Source: Squalus acanthias
Taxonomy: Eukaryota
Assembly: GCA_030390025.1 (NCBI GenBank)
Contig: CM059432.1
Coordinates: forward strand, 107,758,001-107,822,000
DNA length: 64,000 nt
Reading direction: 5' to 3'
The stretch's first letter is position 1, and every line of letters starts with the position of its first letter. Position numbers and translations under genes: made by a program. Under the pieces are notes generated by a model, which was not told the DNA's origin, ran no database searches, and was given only the letters and a program-made list of their open reading frames with translations. Positions 13,356 to 26,306 of the stretch are shown in pieces.

Positions 13356-14666
13356 TGTAAGATTCTCAAAATTCACAGAACCCCCAAAAACTCAAAGACA
13401 AACCCTGAGAAAAAATCTTTGGACTCTTTTCTAACTATTTCAGGGTGGTGAAATGCATTGGGCCTAACCGAAGGACATTTTCGAGCAAAAGCCAAGATTT
13501 GGTATTTTAAAAGACATGTCTGGACTTGTAAGGGAGAAAAGGCTGTAAAGGAAGGTGGGTTCAACCTCTGTAAAGACAGTTTGGACATTGGAGTTAATGC
13601 AAACTGTCTGGGGAACCGCATGACCTCATTGGAGTTAATCGGCCCCTATCAGACATTAACAATAGACCCGAGGAAGAACAGTCTCCACCCAAATTACAGG
13701 ACCCATCAAGACATGCATAAAACAGATCACTGAGACCCACTCTATAGAAATCCCAGGCCCAGTCAAGAAACTCAAAACCTGAGAACAATCAACTACAATC
13801 AAGCAGCAGATCGACAGGATGGAGCCATCCCGCAACCACTTCACACATTTACAAACAAGTTACTGTTGACGAGCCCGCCAAAATCTTACAATAAACCGGG
13901 ACTGATTTGTATAATTGAAAGCCTGTTTTCTCAAGAAGTAAGTTCAGCAGTTACAACAAGTTATCTACAAGTTCAAGGGTGGAGCAGTTACACAGTTACA
14001 ACAAGCAGGAGGTCAGCAGTGACAGTTCATCAGCAAGCAGTCCGGCAGAAGGCAGTTCTGCAAGAAGGCAGTTCCACAGCTCTGAAGAAGACGGTTCAAC
14101 AAGGCGAGGGGGCAACAGAAAGAAGTTCAACAAAGAAGGCCAACAGCTCCAGAAGCAGGCCGACACGCAAGAAGAAACCAGAGCAACAGCTCCAGTGACC
14201 ATCAGACACATCGCGGCAACAAGGGCCTTACGAAACTTTTCACTTAAAAAGACTCGAAACCCTATCGCTAACACAGGAAAAGTGGGTACTCACCCGATAA
14301 ATCCAATCCAGCGAACCCCGAAACCGCGAACCAGCTCAACTGTCAAGGATTCGTTTGGTGAGCATTATCTCTGGTGCTCTACAGCCCAACTTAGCTAGTA
14401 AAGTGGGATTGGGAGGGGTGAGGTATTCTTCTGATGTGATTTCCCTCGTATGTACCGAAGTGTTCCCCATTTTATTAGAGTGTTAAGTTTGTTGTGTTAT
14501 ATTTACTCTCTTGAATAAAGATCAAAAGTTCTTGCACCAAGCCAGTTGTCTGCTGCACTTTTGTCACAACCCCCAAATAAATCCAAGGTCTAGAACCAAG
14601 GGAGTGGGAGTGAGTCGAACCGCTCAGAAGATAGAGGTGAAGCTGACACACACACCACCCCCTACA
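13356..14666 (+). mobile_element. Candidate solo LTR (1311 bp) inserted in the minisatellite
   Basis: TGTA...TACA termini; flanks CGGC / CGGG (4-bp TSD, one mismatch) in register with the repeat unit; AATAAA at 14514-14519; no recognisable coding content. Confidence 0.7.
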
Positions 14667-16925
14667 CGGGGGCCAAAGTGGTCGGGGAGGGAGGGTGAGT
14701 ATATCAGGGGCTGGACAGTGGTCGGGGAGGGAGAGTATATCGGGGGCTGGACAGTGGTTGGGGAGGGAGGGAGAGTATATCGGGGGCTGGAGTGGTTGGG
14801 GAGGGAGGAAGCGTATATCGGGAGCTGGAGTGGTCGGGGAGAGAGGGAGCGTATATCGGGAGCTGGAGAGTGGTCGGGGAAGGAGGGAGAGTATATCGGG
14901 GGCCGGACAGTGGTCGAGGAAGGAGGGAGAGTATATCGGGGGCCGGACAGTGGTCGGGGAGGGAGGGAGAGTATATCGGGGGCCGGACAGTGATCGGGGA
15001 AGGAGGGAGAGTATATCGGGGGCTGGACAGTGGTCGGTGAGGGAGGGAGAGTATATCAGGGGCCGGACAGTGATTGGGGAGGGAGGGAGAGTATATCGGG
15101 GGCCGGACAGTGGTCGGGGAAGGAGGGAGAGTATATCGGGGGCTGGACAGTGGTCGGGGAAGGAGGGAGAGTATATCGGGGGCTGGACAGTGATCGGGGA
15201 AGGAGGGAGAGTATATCAGGGGCCGGACAGTGATCGGGGAAGGAGGGAGAGTATATCGGGGGCCGGACAGTGATCGGGGAAGGAGGGAGAGTATATCAGG
15301 GGCCGGACAGTGGTCGGGGAAGGAGGGAGAGTATATCGGGGGCTGGACAGTGGCCGGGGAGGGAGGGAGAGTATATTGGGGGCTGGGCAGTGGTCGGGGA
15401 GGGAGGGAGAGTATATCGGGGGCTGGACAGTGGCCGGGGAGGGAGGGAGAGTATATCGGGGGCCGGACAGTGGTCGGGGAAGGAGGGAGAGTATATCAGG
15501 GGCTGGACAGTGGTCGGTGAGGGGGGTGAGAGTATATCGGGGGCCAGACAGTGGTCGGGGAGGGAACGAGAGTATATTGGGGGCTGGACAGTGGCCGGGG
15601 AGGGAGGGAGAGTATATCGGGGGTTAGACAGTTGTTCGGGGAGAGAGGGAGAGTGTATCAGGGGCTAGACAGTGGTCGGGGAGGGAGGGAGACTATATCG
15701 GGGGCCGGAGTGGTCGGGGAGGGAGGGAGAGTATATCAGGGGCTGGACAGTGGTCGGGGAGTGAGGTAGAGTATATCTGGGGCTGGACAGTGATCGGGGA
15801 GGGAGGGAGAGTATATCGGGGGCTGGACAGTGGTCGGGGAGGGAAGGAGAGTATATCGGGGGCTGGACACTGGTTTGGGAGGGAGGGAGAGTATATCGGG
15901 GGCTAGACAGTGGTCGGGGAGGGAGGGAGAGTATATCGGGGGCCGGACAGTGGTCGGGGAAGGAGGGAGAGTATATCGGGGGCTGGACAGTGGTCGGGGA
16001 AGGAGGGAGAGTATATCGGGGGCTGGACAGTGATCGGGGAAGGAGGGAGAGTATATCGGGGGCCGGACAGTGGTCGGGGAAGGAGGGAGAGTATATCGGG
16101 GGCTGGACAGTGATCGGGGAAGGAGGGAGAGTATATCGGGGGCTGGACAATGGTCGGTGAGGGAGGGAGAGTATATCAGGGGCCGGACAGTGGTCGGGGA
16201 GGGGGGTGAGAGTATATCAGGGGCCGGACAGTGGTCGGGGAAGGAGGGAGAGTATATCAGGGGCCGGACAGTGGTTGGGGAGGGGGTGAGAGTATATCGG
16301 GGGCTGGACAGTGGCCGGGGAGGGAGGGAGAGTATATCGGGGGTTAGACAGTTGTTCGGGGAGAGAGGGAGAGTATATCGGGGGCTGGCACTGGTTTGGG
16401 AGGGAGGGAGAGTGTATCGGGGGACTGGACAGTGGTCGGGGAGGGAGGGAGAGTATATCGGGGGCTGGGCACTGGTTTGGGAGGGAGGGAGAGTGTATCG
16501 GGGACTGGACAGTGGTCGGGGAGGGAGGGAGAGTATATCGGGGGCTGGGCACTGGTTTGGGAGGGAGGGAGAGTGTATCGGGGACTGGACAGTGGTCGGG
16601 GAGGGAGGGAGAGTGTATCGGGGACTGGACAGTGGTCGGGGAGGGAGGGAGAGTTTATCGGGGGCTGGGCACTGGTTTGGGAGGGAGGGAGAGTGTATCG
16701 GGGACTGGACAGTGGTCGGGGAGGGAGGGAGAGTGTATCGGGGACTGGACAGTGGTCGGGGAGGGAGGGAGAGTATATCGGGGGCTGGACAGTGGTCGGG
16801 GAGGGAGGGAGAGTTTATCGGGGGCTGGACAGTGGGAGGGGAGGGAGGGAGAGTATATTGGGGGCTGGACAGTGGGAGGGGAGGGAGGGAGAGTATATCG
16901 GGGGCTGGACAGTGGTCGGGGAGGG
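14667..16925. repeat. 40-bp G-rich minisatellite, right block
   Basis: Same unit with block-specific variants (ggggaaggagg, tgatcgggg, cactggtttggg). Confidence 0.97.
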
Positions 16926-17654
16926 AAAGTACGGGGCCGGCATGCGGAATGATCGGGGTGGAGGGAAGGGAGATATGAGGCTGGTCTGGAGAACGATCAG
17001 GGGGAGGAGCCCGGGAAGGTGATCGGTGGCCTGGTTTGGGGTTGGTGGTCTCTGATGGTGGGGTTTGTGTTAGGCAGGGCCGCTGGATCCAGGAGGTAAT
17101 TGTGAACGCACTTACCTCCTGGACCCAGCAGTACTTGCCTTCCATTATCTGGCGAGTTTCACGAGGCCTGCAAAACCTGACCAATTGTTAAATTTAAAAT
17201 TCTGGTTAAATCTGAGGCTCTCCAGCCTCATTATAATATTTAAATGTATGACCCGCCTCCTGGGAGCAGTTTGGCAATGCCCTAAACGCAAACAAAAATC
17301 ATTGCTTAGCCTAGCTTGGCACACCACATCATACTGGAGTACTTGGCAACAGTATCAGACTCATTAATAAGAGGTCAGATTTGCAGTTGTTAAGGTGATA
17401 AATTGGCTAACTTCACCTAATGTGCAGTTGTGTGATTTAAATTCCTGAAGGCAGGAAATGACCATGCAGGAATGTGAATTATATTTGTGTCAAAATCTGT
17501 TATTTGTGCATGTTTAAACTGCTACACCGCCCTTCTTAGATGAGTACTAAGCTTTAACACAGAAACATTAACTGCTGAATTGATATTCAAGATTTTTATA
17601 TGAGTAATTTTTTAACTCAGTTGAGTCATTCCAAATGAGTGCAGGCAAACAAAC

Positions 17655-20600
17655 ACAGCTGCCAATTTTACACACAGCAAGGTCTAACAAACAGAAATAG
17701 GATAAAGACCGGCTACAGACATGGCAACGGCACACCCAGCCCAGTCGACACTGCAAAGTCCTCCTCACCAACATCTGAGGACTTGTGCCAAAATTGGGAG
17801 AGCTGTCCCACAAACTAGTCAAGCAACAGCCTGACATAGTCATACTCACAGAATCATACCTTTCAGCTAATGTCCCAAACTCCTCCATCACCATCCCTGG
17901 GTATGACCTGTCCCACCGGCAGGACAGACCCACCAGGGCTGGCGGCACAGTGGTATACAGTCAGGAAGGAGTGGCCCTGGGAGTCCTCAACATTGACTCC
18001 GGACCCCATGAAGTCTCATAGTTTCAGGTCAAGCATGGGAAAGGAAACCTCTTGCTGATTATCCCTTACTGCCCTCCCCCCTCAGCTGATGAATCAGTAC
18101 TCCTCCATGTTGAACACCACTTGGAAGAAGCACTGAGAGTAGCAAGGGCACAGAATGTACTCTGGGTGGGGGACTTCTATGTCCATCACCAAGAGAGGCT
18201 CAGGTAGCACCACTACTGACTGAGCTGGCTGGGTCCTGAAGGACGTAACTGCCAGTCTGGGCCTGCGACAGGTGGTGAGAGAACCAACACGAGGGAAAAA
18301 CCTACTTGACCTCATCCTCACCAATCTACCTGTTGCAGATGCATCTGTCCATGACAGTATTGGTAGCAGTGACCACCGCACAGTCATTGTGGAGTCGAAG
18401 TCCCGTCTTCACACTGAGGACACCCTCTATCGTGTGATGTGGCACTACCACCGTGCTAAATGGGATAGATTCAGAACAGATCTAGCAGCTCAAAACTGGG
18501 CATCCATGAGGCGCTGTGGGCCATCAGCAGCAGCAGAATTGTATTCCACCACAATTTGCAACCTCATGGCCTGGCATATCCCTCACTCTACCATTACCAT
18601 CAAGCCAGGGGACCAACCCTGGTTCAATAAGGAGTGTAGAAGAGCATGCCAGGAGCAGCACCAGGCGTACCTAAAAATGAGGTGCCAACCTGGGGAAACT
18701 GCAACACAGGACTACATGCATGCTAAAAAGCGGAAGCAGCATACTATAGACAGGGCTAAGCGTTCCCACAATCAACGGATCAGATCAAAGCTCTGCAGTC
18801 CTGCCACATCCAGTCGTGAATGGTGGTGGACCATTAAACAACTAACGGGAGGAGGAGGCTCCATGAATATCCCCATTCTCAATGATGGTGGAGCCCAGCA
18901 CATGAGTGCAAAAGACAAGGCTGAAGCGTTTGCAACCATCTTTAGCCAGAAGTGCCGAGTGGATGATCCATATCGGCCTAATCCTGAGGTCCCCACCATC
19001 ACAGAAGCCAGTCTTCAGCCAATTCGATTCACTCCACATGATATCAAGAAACAGCTGAGCGCACTGGATACAGCAAAGGCTATGGGCCCCGACAACATCC
19101 CGGCTATCGTGCTGAAAACTTGTGCTCCAGAATTAGCTGCGCCTCTAGCCAAGCTGTTCCAGTACAGCTACAACACTGGCATCTATCCGACAATGTGGAA
19201 AACTATCCAGGTATGTCCTGTCCACAAAAAGCAGGACGAATCCAATCTGGCCAATTATCGCCCCATCAGTCTACTCTCAATCATCAGCAAAGTGATGGAA
19301 GGTGTCATCAACAGTGCTATCAAGCAGCACTTACTCACCAATAACCTGCTCACGGATGCCCAGTTTGGGTTCTGCCAAGACCACTCGGCTCCCAACCTCA
19401 TTACAGCCTTGGTCCAAACATGGACAAAGGAGCTGAATTCTAGAGGTGAGGTGAGAGTGACTGCCCTTGATATCAAGGCAGCATTTGACCGAGTGTGGCA
19501 TCAAGGAGCCCTCGTAAAACTGAAGTCAATGGGAATCGGGGGAAAAACTCTCCACTGGCTGGAGTCATACCTAGCACAAAGGAAGATGGTTGTAGTGGTT
19601 GAAGGTCAATCATCTCAGCCCCAGACATCGCTGCAGGAGTTCCTCAGGGCAGTGTCCTAGGCCCAACCATCTTCAGCTGCTTCATCAATGACTTTCCCGC
19701 CAACATCAGGTCAGAAATGAGAATGTTCGCTGATGACTGCACAGTGTTCAGCTCCATTCACAACTCCTCAGATAATGAAGCAGTCCATGCCCGCATGCAA
19801 CAAGTACTGGACGATGTTCAGGCTTGGGTTGATAAGTGGCAGGTAACATTCGCGCCACACAAGTGCCAGGCAATGATTATCTCCAACAAGCGAGAGTCTA
19901 ACCACCATCCCTTGACATTCAACGGCATTACCATCACCGAATCCCCCACCATCAACATCCTGGGGGTCACCATTGTCCAGAAACATAACTGGACCAGCCA
20001 TATAAATACTGTGGCAAAAAGAGCAGGTCAGAGGCTAGGTATTCTGCAGCGAGTGTCTCACCTCCTGACTATCCAAAGCCTTTCCACCATCTACAAGGCA
20101 CAAGTAAGGAGTGTGATGGAATACTCTCCACTTGCCTGGATGAGTGCAGCTCCAACAACACCCAAGAAGCTCGTCACCATCCAGGACAAAGCAGCCTACT
20201 TGATTGGCACCCCATCCACCACCTTAAACATTCACTCCCTCCACCACCGGCGCACTGTGGCTGCAGTGTGTACCATCTACAAGATGCACTGCAGCAACTC
20301 GCCAAGACTTCTTCGGCAGCACCTTCCAAAACCGCAAACTCTTCCACCTAGAAGGACAAGGGCAGCAGGTGCATGGGAACACCACCACCTCCAAGTTCCC
20401 CTCCAAGTCACACACCATCCTGACTTGAAAATATATCGCCAATCCTTCATCGTTGCTGGGCGAAATCTTGGAACTCCTTACCTAACAGCACTGTGGGAGT
20501 ACCTTCACCACACGGACTGCAGCGGTTCAAGAAGGCGGCTCACCACCACCTTCTCAAGGGCAATTAGGGATGGGCAATAAATGCTGGCGTTGCCAGCGAC

Positions 20601-20910
20601 GCCCACGCCCCATAAACGAATTTTAAAAAATGACCAGGCAATCTGTTTTTTAGTGATGTTGGTTGAGGGATAAATATCATCCAGAACACCCAGGAGAACC
20701 CCTCTTTGAATAGTGCCATGGGATCTTTTATATCCTTCTGAAAGGGGAGACAGTTTAACTCCTCATCTGAATGACAGCACCTCAGACAGTGCAGCACTTC
20801 CCTCAGTACCATTCTGGATTGTCAGCCCATGTTTTGTGCACAACTTTCTGGAGTGGGTCTTGAGCCAACGACCTTCTGAGTCAGAGGCGAGAATGCTACC
20901 ACTGAGCTAA
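17655..20910 (-). mobile_element. Deu-SINE-like element split by a LINE (17655-17712 and 20630-20910)
   Basis: cagccaattt..cacagcaa..gacc resumes as tgaccag..atctgttttt..gttgagggataaat, as in the copy at 2212-2637. Confidence 0.7.
17713..20629 (+). mobile_element. APE-RT LINE (CR1/L2/Crack group, distinct from canonical CR1); near full ORF2 with stops and frameshifts
   Basis: PDIVILTESYL, WVGDF, LDLIL, SDH; KAMGPDNIP, LDIKAAFDRVWH, FADD; 3' UTR gggcaataaatgctggc..gccagcgacgcccac with A-rich end. Confidence 0.9.
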
Positions 20911-22365
20911 ACCTTGGACGAACTCCAAAGCATAAAAATTAAGTGCCGCGATAACCTTGAGAGCTACAGACAATGATGTGCATGACCTCGTATTGGCTGG
21001 AGGTGCTGTTTCACCAGGCTAAGTGGCTGCCTCTCTGGAGAACCTGAGCCTCTGTACGCACTGCAGGTAGGAAGTCCTTGGCCTGTAGATGCTGGGGGTA
21101 AGGCCTCCTGCTAAGTCCCCTCCTTCTGCCTCAGGTCCCTCTTGATTGTGGCTCCTCCTTCTCCTCCAGCCAAATTCCTACCACCACACCCATAATGGTG
21201 AAGAGAGGTGTTGCCAAAAGCCCCTGGTCAAAGTGGAACTCTAGGCTCAATACTACAGCTCTCTCCAAAGTGTCAGCTCAAAGCAAAATGTTCATTTTTC
21301 CACATTCAGGTAAGTATATTTTAAAAACTGACCTTGTTGTTTGTGGTCCCTTTAAGGACCGATTGTTAGGCCGCATGTCCACCTGGTTTGCCTGAGTGCA
21401 GCCGGCGCCAGCTGCCTCAGACCAAACCAACCGTGCAATAGGGGCCACAAACAGGCGTTAGGCCCGTTATCTGAATGTGCAAATAAGCAGCCTAATGTCT
21501 GTTTCAAGCATGGGCACGGCACACAATCCTTTGGTCTTTACCCATATAGCGGGCGGTGCACTACCGGCTCATAATGGGCATGTGCTTCTGACTTGCTATA
21601 TTGAAGTTTAGGAGGCTGTTTAGCACCCGAGAAAAGGGTGCTGCGCAGCTGAATTTCTAGGCTTTAGTACTTATACATATAGATAGAAAGAGAAAAAAGA
21701 AAAACAGTAAAAAACATTTGGCTGACTTAGTTTACTTGGAAGTAAGATTAACTTTAATTTTTTTTACAAAAATAGCCGGAATATTCATCTAATAAGGGAT
21801 TTAATTCTAAATCCCCAATTTTAACATATCCCGCCTGGCCTGAATGGGGAGGGTTCAAGTTAGACGCCCGATTTGCACCCCACACGATTTTACGCTCCAT
21901 TGAAGTAACTGAAATTGGGTGAGGTGTAAATCGGGCGGCCGACATGAACCCATCTGTTCTCACCAGACGAGCTAGGTATTAGTTCCCACACTTCTGTGTA
22001 CTCTGGCGGTAGGTCTGGCAAACATGAAGTCATAGATATAGGTTAGAAATTACGATTACAGCATTTCTTACTGTGAATAGGGCCATTATTCAATGATTCA
22101 GAATGTACAGTGCCAACACTTTGGGCTCTTGACCAGGAGACACAAATGGGAGTCTCAACTGGCACATGGGCTGCGGGTTTCCCCTGGTCTGTGAGCTTTG
22201 CCAGTCTCTGGGTCATTGGGTGAGAGAGAGAGATTGACTGGGATTTCCTTTTCTGAATCACTAACAGCCAGCAACAGGTCGGTCTAGCTGTTGATGTCGG
22301 AAAACTAGATTATTGTGCTGTTCTGGCTGAGTCAGTCAGTGATATTCAAAGGGGTCTGTTTGCTC

Positions 22366-22636
22366 TCGGCTTGCCAACGCTGGTTGGACGTATTCCTTGA
22401 GGTTTCATTCCATGACCTCCCGCCTCCAACCACCCTGCCCGGTCAAACAGCCTTTTTCCCATTTCCAATATTTTTTAAATTAATAAACGAAAAGTGTTCA
22501 AGCAAAGTGAAAAAAGCCCACAGCTTTTCTTTATAAAGTTTCCATGATTTTTCTCCTGAGTTGCTCACAGCAGTGTCCAAGAGATTAACCTTTACCCTGG
22601 AGACTCCAGGGCAATCCCGAAAGGTTGGCAACTGTA
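22366..22636. mobile_element. hAT-type MITE (older copy)
   Basis: Degenerate ttgccaac TIRs; 8-bp TSD gtttgctc (22358-22365) / gtctgctc (22637-22644); homologous to 22710-23070. Confidence 0.75.
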
Positions 22637-22709
22637 GTCTGCTCGCGAAGGCATCTCAGTATATCACCAAGCAGCAGCAATGACAAACTTATCAAACATT
22701 GCTTGCCAT

Positions 22710-23070
22710 TAGGGTTGCCAACTCTGGCTGGATGTAATCTTGGAGATTTTATCACATGACCTCCTCCCTCCAACAGTCCTGCCTCCATGCTTTCCCCATT
22801 GGTCGCCCAACATGTCCATTCTCATGTGGTAACGCCATCCCATGCCAATTGGAAAGCAGACAAATCCTTCATTAGCCAATTGACTGTCAGTCAAAAAGCC
22901 TTTTCTCTTCCAACTCCAAAATATTTGTATCTAATAAACAAAAGTGTTGGAAGAAATTTTTTTTTTAATGCCCCTATGATTTTTCTCCTGGGTTGCTCCT
23001 AGCAGTATCCTGGGGATTAATCTTCATTCCCTGGAAACTTCAGGTCAATCCTGGAAGGTTGGCAACCCTA
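22710..23070. mobile_element. hAT-type (Blackjack-like) MITE
   Basis: Perfect TIR tagggttgccaac / gttggcaacccta; perfect 8-bp TSD cttgccat (22702-22709, 23071-23078). Confidence 0.9.
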
Positions 23071-23484
23071 CTTGCCATTGCTGCTTTCTCTGATATTCTG
23101 GCTCCTACTGACTAGACCTGAGTTTAATGGTATGTGCTTGGTGCACAGGCCACAGTTCCACCAAACATTTGGGGTAATGATATTGCTCGTTACTGCTGAA
23201 GTTCAAGAGATCAAAGCATATATTGTTCTAAATAAAGAGAAGCATAAACCAGCTTCTAGCTACAGAGGAAGCCTAACTGTATGGTTGTGTAGCAGCAATG
23301 AAGAAGCCATGAGGTAAAAAAGAAATGAGAGTCTGCTGTAGATTATTGCACCCTGCCCTCATCTGTGTACCCACCAGTAAATGAAGGATTCTCTTCTAAT
23401 GCAAAAGGATTGTGTTACTCAGACCTTCATTCCAATTTTTACAGCTACAGCTGTGAGTCATTTGTTTCATCAATTCAGAATTAG

Positions 23485-23821
23485 GTTGAACATTAGGAAC
23501 AGGAGTAGACCATTCAGCCCCTCAAGCTTGTTCTGCCGTTCTATTAGACCATACCTGATCTGTACCTCAATTCCATTTACCCACCTTTGCTCCATATCCC
23601 TTGATATCCTGACCTAACAAAAATCTGTCGATCTGAGTCTTGAAAATTTCAATTGACCCAGCATCCACAGCCTTTTGGGGAGAGAGTTCCATATTTACAC
23701 TACCCTTTGTGTGAAAAAGTGCTTTCTGATTTCACTCCAACATGGCCTAGCTCTAATTTTAAGATTGTGCCCCCTTGTTCTGGATTCCCCACCAGAGGAA
23801 ATAGTTTTACTTAATCTACCC
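23485..23821 (-). mobile_element. CR1 3' end
   Basis: Minus strand encodes RTRGHNLKIR..HFFTQR and a CR1 3' UTR. Confidence 0.8.
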
Positions 23822-25757
23822 TATGAAGCCCATGGGATTAAAGGGGCAGTGGCAGCATGGATACGAAATAGTAGTGGTGAACTGTTGTTCATCAGACTGG
23901 AGGGAAGTATACAGTGGTGTCTCCCAGGGGTCAATATTAGGACCACTGCTCTTTTTGATATATATTAATGACCCGGACTTGAATATAGGTGGCACAATTT
24001 CAAAGTTTGCGGATGACAGAAAACATGGAAATACAGTGAACAGTGAGGAGTATAATAGCAGATTTCAGGAGGGCATAGACAGACTGCTGAAATGGGCAGA
24101 CATGTGGCAGATAAAATTTAATGCAGAGAAGTGAGAAGTGATGCATTTTGGTAGGAATAATGAGGAGAGGTAGTATAAGCTAAATGGTGCAAATTTAAAG
24201 GAGGTGCAGGAACAGAGGGACCTGGGGGTTCACATACACAAATTTTTAAAGGTGGGACACAAGTTGATAAGGCTGTTAAAAAAGTATACTGGATTCTTGG
24301 CTTTATTAATAGAGCCATAGCATACAAAAGCAAAGAAGTTATGCTAAACCTTTATAATTCATTGGTTAGACCTCAGCTAGAGTATTGTGTCCAATTCTGG
24401 GTGCCACACTTTAGGAAGGATGTCAAGGCCTTGGAGAGAATCATAGAATCCTAGAAAGTTACAGTACGGAAGGAGGTCATTTCGGCCCATCGTGTCTGTG
24501 CCGGCGAACAAAGAGCTATCCAGCCTAATCCCACTTCCCAGCTCTTGGTCCGTAGCCCTGCAGGTTACAGCATCCCAAGTGCACATCCAAGTACTTTTTA
24601 AATGTGGTTAGGGTTTCTGCCTCTACCACCCTTTCAGGCAGTGAGTTCCAGACCTCCACAACCCTCTGGGTGAAGAAATTTCCCCTCAAATCCCGTGTAA
24701 ACCTTCCACCAATTACTTTAAATCTGTGCCCCCTGGTTTTTGACCCCTCTGCTAAGGGAAATAGGTCCTTTCTATCCACTTTATCGAGGCCTCTCATAAT
24801 TTTATACACCTTAATAAGGTCTCCCCTCAGCCTCCTCTGTTCCAAGGAAAACAAACCCAGCCTATCCAGTCTTTTCTCATAGCTAAGATACTCTACACCC
24901 GGCAACATCCTTGTAAATCTCCTCTGTACCTTCTCCAGTGCAATCACAACTTTCCTGTAATGTGGTGACCAGAACTGCACGCAGTACTCCAGCTGAGGCC
25001 TAACTAGTGTTTTATACAGTTGAAGCATAACCCCCTGCTCTTGTATTCTATACTACGGCTAATAAAGGCAAGCATTCTGTATGCCTTCTTAACTACCTTA
25101 TCTACCTGGCCTGCTACCTTCAGGGATCTGTGGACATGCACTCCAAGATCCCTTTGTTCCTCTACACTACTCAGTGTCCTACCATTTAATGTGTATTCCC
25201 TTTCCTTGTTAGCCCTCCCCAAATGCATTACCTCACACTTCTCTGGATTGAATTCCATTTGCCCCTGTTCTGCCCACCTGACCGATTTATTGATATCTTC
25301 CTGCAGTCTACAGCTTCCTTCTTCAGTATCAACCACACAGCCGATTTTAGTATCATCTGCAAACTTCTTAATCATACCCCCTATATTCAAGTCTAGATCA
25401 TTGATATATACCACAAAAAGCAAGGGACCTAGTACTGAACCCTGCGGAACCCCACTGGAAACACCCATCAACTATTACCCTCTGCTTCCTGCCTCCGAGC
25501 CAGTTTTGAATCCAACTTGACACTTTGCCCTGGATCCCATGGGCTTTTAACTTCATGATCAGTCTGCCATGTGGCGCCTTATCAAAAGCCTTGCCAAAGT
25601 CCATATACACTACATCAAACGCACTACCCTCATCTTCCCTCCTTGTTACCTCCTCAAAAAAGAGGGTGCAGAGATTTACCAGAATGGTACCAGGGATACA
25701 GGACTTCAGTTATGTGGACAGACTAGAGAAGCTGTGATTATTCTCCTTAGAGCAGCA
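23822..25757 (+). mobile_element. Degenerate CR1 RT fragment (23822-24438 and 25660-25757), interrupted by another CR1
   Basis: [31 protein letters not shown]; resumes RVQRFTRMVPG after the insertion. Confidence 0.8.
24439..25659 (-). mobile_element. CR1 RT C-terminal half with 3' UTR, nested in the + CR1
   Basis: [36 protein letters not shown] on minus; tail near 24440. Confidence 0.9.
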
Positions 25758-26306
25758 TAGCCTCCGCGGTCTGCACTTTATTTATATTTTTACATAGACA
25801 ACATATGAAAACAAAATGAAGTCCAGGTTGTAGAGGTTATGCTGAGAGGTGGTCCTGTGCATCTACTTTCATTTTCTGGAGTAGCATATTTATATGTCCT
25901 GCTTTTATCTTTGACTTCCTCGAGCGCTTACCCTTCGCATTTAGAAGATGATTTTTCTTTCTTTCTCTCTTTCTCTCTTGTCTGGGAATTTCATCAATTT
26001 ACATAAGAGTGTGTGCCATTTACTTCTATCAAACCGTGCCATTTGTTCCTTTAAAGAGGTTAAAAAATATAGAGATCCTGAATTTTCACTGGTCCCCACC
26101 CGTCGCCGTAAGTATGGCGGGTCAGGACATCTGCCCATTCCCAACTTGTGCACCCGACCTGTTTCACAGGGTTAAGGCCATTTTTGGGTTGGGTACTTCT
26201 GCTATTTATGGAGCTAATGGGGTGCCTGGTTCAGTTTGAGGGGCAGGGGATTCACAGCGAGACCCTACCGCAGTGCAGGCCAGGCCAAGTGGTACCAACA
26301 CACCAA

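Larger units (their letters stand above)
11953..17280. mobile_element. Harbinger-like non-autonomous element enclosing the 40-bp minisatellite
   Basis: Starts ggccggaatttt. 12060-12145 matches 58610-58700 in reverse complement; 17222-17272 matches 55249-55301. Right boundary uncertain. Confidence 0.55.

Noticed and set aside
12228..16925. 40-bp periodic array as CRISPR or coding repeat
   Set aside because: Head-to-tail units without unique spacers, no cas genes, vertebrate context; the ORFs are repeat artefacts.
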